A stretch of DNA of 64,000 bases from Gemmatimonas sp. (GTDB taxonomy: Bacteria; Gemmatimonadota; Gemmatimonadetes; Gemmatimonadales; Gemmatimonadaceae), in contig JANNVQ010000049.1 of NCBI GenBank assembly GCA_031414535.1, positions 1-64,000 of the forward strand. Reading direction: 5' to 3'. Of the stretch, positions 59,301 through 64,000 are shown piece after piece. The notes below the pieces were generated by a model. That model did not search any database. It was not told the origin of the DNA and was given only the letters and a program-made list of their open reading frames with translations. Position 1 is the first letter of the stretch. Each line of letters starts with the position of its first letter. The translations under genes were made by a program, and so were the position numbers.

Positions 59301-61877
59301 ATGTCGAACCTTGACGACTTCATTCAGCATCAAGTGGTACAGAAGGGAAAGTCAATCGATGCGGCGGTTATGGCTGCAGCAGAGCTTGTTCCCTTAGATG
59401 CTGCTCGAGCTGCCGGTGACAGGGTGCGAGCTCAAATCGAGCACGTTAGTTCGATGCCGGATCCGTTCTACATAGCAAGCGCGGAGAGATCGGACTGGTA
59501 CCCAGGCCCGCGCGCGGACGATCGGTTCTGGCCTCCATACCATAACAGTCTCGCCGGGAAAGGCTGGGCTCTAGAAGACATCAAGAATCTCGACCGAGCA
59601 AGCTCTCGTGTCATCCAATTGATGCGCTCCCCTGGTGCTTCAGCAATCTCAACGCGGGGACTAGTTGTAGGCTACGTCCAATCTGGCAAGACAGCAAATT
59701 ATGCTGCGTCAATCGCGAAGGCAGCCGATACGGGCTATCGCTTGATCATTGTGCTTGCGGGCGGAACCAATGTGCTACGCCGTCAAACACAGGAGCGACT
59801 TCATGCAGATCTCGTAAGTCATCGACCTCAAGATTGGGTCCTGTTGACAACGGACACTGACGATTTCGGTGGCAATCCCAATGCGGCCGCCGCGCTCTCG
59901 GAGAAGTCCGGCCAGAGAACCCTCGCTGTGATTAAGAAGAACAAGACTCGGATCAAGCGGTTGACCGCTTGGCTCAAGTCGGCGGGGTCCATAACTATGG
60001 CAAACTGCCCAATCTTGATTGTTGATGACGAGGCCGATCAGGCGAGCCCAAATTCGGCGATGCCAGATGCCGAGCGTACGAAGATCAACGAAGCTCTTCT
60101 GGCGCTGCTCGCCGCTGGACCGAAGGTAGCATACGTGGGATACACAGCGACGCCATTCGCCAATCTGTTGATTGATCCGTCCGATGAACATGATCTTTAT
60201 CCAAGAAGCTTCGTAGTAGATCTTCCGCGTCCAGACTCGTACTTCGGTCCGGAGAAAATTTTTGGACGCGCTCCTCTTTCAAGCGAGGATGCAGAAGCGC
60301 CGCCCGATGGTCTCGATATGATTCGTCTGATCAGTCAGCTCGACCAACAGCAACTACTGGCTGTGAATACAGGAGGCAGTAGAGACCTCCCAGCATCGCT
60401 CCGTAGGTCGCTACACTACTTCTTACTTGTTACCGCCGAGCGATATCGCCGTGGGCAGCACGATCGGCATTCCTCGATGCTTGTCCATACGAGCCAAAAG
60501 ATCTCATCTCACCAGAACATGGTGGCTCCGCTCGAACGGTGTATTAACGAGATCCGCCTCGCGCTGAAACACTCGTCGGTCGCATTGATCGAAGAGCTTA
60601 AGGACCTCTGGGAACATGAAGCGGCTCGCGTGGCTACTGAGCGCGACGGTGACCTGGGTTCCTTCGATGACATTTTGCCTCACTTTAACGCCGTGTTGTC
60701 AAAGGCGCGAGTCGTTGTCGAGAACTCCGCGTCGACGTCTCGCTTGAACTACTCGGGAAAGGGGCAGGTTGTAGTGGCTGTCGGCGGGAATGTCCTAGCG
60801 CGGGGTCTCACGCTTGAGGGGCTGAGTGTGAGCTACTTTATTCGGGCGGCATCTGCGTACGACACTTTGCTTCAAATGGGGCGATGGTTTGGATATCGCC
60901 CGGGGTACGCCGACCTGCCAAGAATTTGGATGACGGACGAGTTGCGAGGTTACTTCTTCGACCTCGGTACGGTGGAGGCTGAGATTCGCAAGGAGATCGC
61001 GCAGTACGAGCGAGTCCCGGGCATGAATCCTCTGAGCGCTGGCGTACGAATTCGCACGCACCCAAAGCTTGCGATTACCGCGAAGGCCAAGATGAGCGCA
61101 GCCGTAAAGTCGTCCATGTCGTTCCGCGGTCGTCGCTTCCAGACTACGATAATGCTGAACGCGGATCTTACCGCGCTCGAAAGGAACCTGGCTGCCACAC
61201 GGACACTCGTAGCAGCGGTCTCTGCTCAGGCGCCGTTTTCCTGGAACGGGTCTCGAAGTGCGTATTTAGCTCGAGGCGCTTCGGCCGATGTCGCTATCGC
61301 ATTCCTCGAACAGTACGACTTCGCCAAGCATCCAGAGCTCGAGAACAAGTCGCTATTGCTCAGTTATATCAAGAAGCAAGTCGAACGAGGACTGCTCGGC
61401 ACCTGGAATGTGGCCATTGCATCGCGTGCGGCAAACGCGCACGGGGTTCTTGATCTGGCATCAGTCGGCACAGTCAACATGATTCGTCGTACAAAGCATG
61501 TTCCACGATCGGGACCACTCGGTGATTCGATCGGCTCCCTCATGTCAGAGCGCGATGTCGCGATTGACTTTGCTGATTCAGTAGACGTTGGGAGCATTAA
61601 GGGCGACTTGCTCGCCGAAAGGAATCAATCTGGTACCAAGGAGTGCCTGTTGGTGTTGTATCCAATTGCTCCGAACATTTCCCCCGGAGAGAAATCGCCG
61701 GATCGCGAGCCACTGATCGCCGCCGAGGTGGTGATAGGTGTGGCCGTTGTTTTCCCCGACGTAGACGACGGCGAGCCACTCTCGTACGTGACGGTCGACC
61801 TTTCGCAGGTACCGCGCGAAAGCATAGCTTCTGCATCCGAACTGGGCATGGAAGATGAAGGCGAGGGCACTCGATGA
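59301..61877 (+). CDS. Z1-domain protein (SF2 helicase-like)
   Basis: GYVQSGKT, VDDEADQAS, GYTATP, LARGLTLEGL, DTLLQMGRWFGYR. Confidence 0.9.
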   Translation: MSNLDDFIQHQVVQKGKSIDAAVMAAAELVPLDAARAAGDRVRAQIEHVSSMPDPFYIASAERSDWYPGPRADDRFWPPYHNSLAGKGWALEDIKNLDRASSRVIQLMRSPGASAISTRGLVVGYVQSGKTANYAASIAKAADTGYRLIIVLAGGTNVLRRQTQERLHADLVSHRPQDWVLLTTDTDDFGGNPNAAAALSEKSGQRTLAVIKKNKTRIKRLTAWLKSAGSITMANCPILIVDDEADQASPNSAMPDAERTKINEALLALLAAGPKVAYVGYTATPFANLLIDPSDEHDLYPRSFVVDLPRPDSYFGPEKIFGRAPLSSEDAEAPPDGLDMIRLISQLDQQQLLAVNTGGSRDLPASLRRSLHYFLLVTAERYRRGQHDRHSSMLVHTSQKISSHQNMVAPLERCINEIRLALKHSSVALIEELKDLWEHEAARVATERDGDLGSFDDILPHFNAVLSKARVVVENSASTSRLNYSGKGQVVVAVGGNVLARGLTLEGLSVSYFIRAASAYDTLLQMGRWFGYRPGYADLPRIWMTDELRGYFFDLGTVEAEIRKEIAQYERVPGMNPLSAGVRIRTHPKLAITAKAKMSAAVKSSMSFRGRRFQTTIMLNADLTALERNLAATRTLVAAVSAQAPFSWNGSRSAYLARGASADVAIAFLEQYDFAKHPELENKSLLLSYIKKQVERGLLGTWNVAIASRAANAHGVLDLASVGTVNMIRRTKHVPRSGPLGDSIGSLMSERDVAIDFADSVDVGSIKGDLLAERNQSGTKECLLVLYPIAPNISPGEKSPDREPLIAAEVVIGVAVVFPDVDDGEPLSYVTVDLSQVPRESIASASELGMEDEGEGTR

Positions 61878-62860
61878 AGTCCTTCTTAGACGCGCAATGG
61901 TCCACGCTGTTGCAGCACCCACAGATGCACGGCAAGCTGCGGACGATTGGGGTCGGAAAGAGCACTAAGTATGGCGACGTACAATTGGCGCTCGATTACT
62001 CAGGACGTCGTGCCGTGCTCATTCCCGTTGCGCCGGATGGCCCGCGCGCGCTGGACACGATCAGTCGGGGCATTCATGTACTTGAGTGGGACAATGACGC
62101 ACCGGAGAGGCGGCGGCGCACCGTACTGATTCGGTGCGAATCTGCTGAGTACTGGGCGGTCTTTAACGACTTTCTCTCCGTACTACTTGATAACCTCTCA
62201 CAATACGGTGAGCACCCCAGTTCCCTTCTAGCGGAGTGGCGAGCGGCACTCGCTTCGCAAGGAGTTAAGTACTCCCGCGAAGATATCCTCGGTCTGTGGG
62301 GAGAACTGAGAATGCTTGTCGAGCTTCAGAAGGCTGGAGAAGTGTCGCTTTCCGCGTGGACAGCGATGGACCGCTCTCTAAAGGACTTCACGTTTCGGAA
62401 CGCGCTAATTGAGGTAAAGACCACAACAACCACCTCGCCCAGACGCGTACACATTTCAGGAATCGAGCAATTGGAGTCTGTGCCCGGTCGCGAGTTGTTT
62501 CTCGCTGTCTTTCTAGTTGACACCGATCCGACTGCCAGTTCAGTACCGGATTTGGTTGCCGAGGTTCTCTCCGGAGGTGCACCGCTAGAACAGCTCAACG
62601 CAGCGCTGAATGCAAGAGGGTTTGAACCGGAGGACCTCCGTTCTGAGCCATTCATTTCATTGAAGCTCCGTCTCCGCAATCAGGCGCTCTGGAAAGTCAC
62701 CAACCAGTTCCCAGCGATCACACGATCTTCATTAGTTGGCGGTCTTCCGACCGGCGTCCTGTCTATGAGTTACGAAGTAAGCTTGGAATCGATCTGGTCC
62801 ACTCAGGTTGAGCAATCTTTAGTAGCAGACACCCTTCGCGGGATTGTGAATGCGACTTGA
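61874..62860 (+). CDS. PD-(D/E)XK motif protein (DUF4420-like)
   Basis: GLWGEL, KDF..IEVKTT, HISGIEQL; ATGA-coupled to the Z1 gene. Confidence 0.85.
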   Translation: MKSFLDAQWSTLLQHPQMHGKLRTIGVGKSTKYGDVQLALDYSGRRAVLIPVAPDGPRALDTISRGIHVLEWDNDAPERRRRTVLIRCESAEYWAVFNDFLSVLLDNLSQYGEHPSSLLAEWRAALASQGVKYSREDILGLWGELRMLVELQKAGEVSLSAWTAMDRSLKDFTFRNALIEVKTTTTTSPRRVHISGIEQLESVPGRELFLAVFLVDTDPTASSVPDLVAEVLSGGAPLEQLNAALNARGFEPEDLRSEPFISLKLRLRNQALWKVTNQFPAITRSSLVGGLPTGVLSMSYEVSLESIWSTQVEQSLVADTLRGIVNAT

Positions 62861-64000
62861 TCTTCAGTCAGAGCCCTACAGTCCTCTCGGTAACGTCACG
62901 GGTCGCGGAGTAACACGCGCGCTCGGCCGGCCAAACCTCCCTCTGCTTGCGGTTCTGGTAAGAGAAACAGTTCAGAATAGTTTGGATGCGCGTAAGCCGC
63001 GCTCAAAAGAGATCGAATTCTCAATTGATGCTCGCAGTCATGACAAGGCAACACTTCGCGCATTTCGACAAGTGTTTGCGGCTGCGAAGGACAATGACAC
63101 CCTTCCGCTTTCTAGCCTGTTCACGGAAAGCACAATCACGACTCTAACGATCGGCGACACTGGGACAAAGGGGCTTGATGGCCCCACAAGAGCAGACAAA
63201 GCTTTTGACGAGAGCGAGCGCAACTTCGTCGACTTTTTCCGAAATGTTGGAGAAGCGCCTTCGACACTCGGCACAGGTGGCACGTACGGATATGGAAAGG
63301 CAGTGCTCTTCCTGGCGAGCCGCCTGAGTACGGTGCTTGTCTATACGCGAACCGTTTGTGAAGGGATCCCTGAATCTCGCTTGATGGGCATGTCGCTTCA
63401 CGAGGCGAAGAATGCGCGAGCGCGGGTGGCGGGGCGCCTCACCGGGCGTCACTGGTGGGGAAAGCGCGCAAGAGACGGAGTCGTTGATCCGGTACGAGGG
63501 GACGTTGCTGACAAGCTCGCAGCTGAGCTGGGATTCAGATCCTTCGGCGTGGGATCTGGATCCCAAGTAATGATCCTTGAGCCGCGTTTCGACGGTAGTG
63601 ACCTTCGCACTGAGGTCGAAGCTCTCAATGAGCATGCGCTGCTCTATGCTTGGCCCTGGACCTGCGGACTCGGAAGAAGCAAGGCGAAACTGAAGCTTGT
63701 GAGCACGGTTAATAATTTGGAGCTGCAGACTCCGGCAATTGAGGACTACCCTGCTTTGATTGAGATGCGTGAGGCCCTCAAGGTCGCTACCGGACAGGGT
63801 GAAGCTACAGCGGGCGCGGGACTCCTTACTCAGCACATTGAATCGCAACGACCCGCGAAACGACTAGGTACGATTTCGCTCCGGAAATTCTTTCGAACCG
63901 AACGTGGAAGCTTACCGAAGGCAGCCGCATGGGCAGCTGGTGGTATTTCGCGTCACGTGGCTTGGATGCGTGCAGCCAGGCTTGTAGTACGCTATGCCGA
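62850..64000 (+). CDS. GHKL-family ATPase protein, truncated by the window end; not in ORF track
   Basis: Hand translation MRLDLQSEPYSP..VRETVQNSLDA (N box)..IGDTGTKGLDG (G1)..GGTYGYGK (G2); frame open to 64000; overlaps the upstream stop. Confidence 0.85.
   Translation, partial: MRLDLQSEPYSPLGNVTGRGVTRALGRPNLPLLAVLVRETVQNSLDARKPRSKEIEFSIDARSHDKATLRAFRQVFAAAKDNDTLPLSSLFTESTITTLTIGDTGTKGLDGPTRADKAFDESERNFVDFFRNVGEAPSTLGTGGTYGYGKAVLFLASRLSTVLVYTRTVCEGIPESRLMGMSLHEAKNARARVAGRLTGRHWWGKRARDGVVDPVRGDVADKLAAELGFRSFGVGSGSQVMILEPRFDGSDLRTEVEALNEHALLYAWPWTCGLGRSKAKLKLVSTVNNLELQTPAIEDYPALIEMREALKVATGQGEATAGAGLLTQHIESQRPAKRLGTISLRKFFRTERGSLPKAAAWAAGGISRHVAWMRAARLVVRYA

Noticed and set aside
48000..64000. 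Prophage or integrative element call for the defence region
   Set aside because: No integrase, transposase, tRNA target or att repeat is visible within the window

Overview
High-GC bacterial chromosome window, most likely from a phototrophic Gemmatimonadota member. This is inferred from the light-harvesting polypeptides, the extended PufM and the paralogous Ser/Thr kinase-beta-propeller genes. (1) 0-17.5 kb: housekeeping and signalling genes. These include a compact sigma54 module (NtrC-type activator, FliA-like sigma factor, secreted protein, degenerate kinase-like protein) with a duplicated enhancer/promoter architecture, fadN-thiolase, and two Ser/Thr kinases around an NlpC/P60 amidase. 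(2) 17.8-35.6 kb: part of a photosynthesis gene cluster. It contains bchCXYZ-pufB-pufA(LHh type)-pufA(LH1)-pufLMC, where pufB and the second alpha gene are missing from the ORF track and point to a double-ring antenna. A candidate carotenoid-tailoring cassette (crtF, CruF-like hydratase, P450, membrane proteins), bchID and puhE follow, with four PpsR-type TGT-N12-ACA sites. (3) 35.6-48 kb: a sulfide/persulfide detoxification operon, copper chaperones and glycoside hydrolases. (4) 48-64 kb: a defence-island-like region with three type II toxin-antitoxin pairs, Fic, a DUF2779 dual nuclease and a HEPN-motif protein. It ends in a compositionally distinct operon (nuclease-DUF2075 helicase, Z1 protein, PD-(D/E)XK nuclease, GHKL ATPase) that runs off the window end. 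Two families of intergenic palindromic repeats are present. No rRNA, tRNA or CRISPR array was seen. All calls come from motif reading by eye, without database searches.
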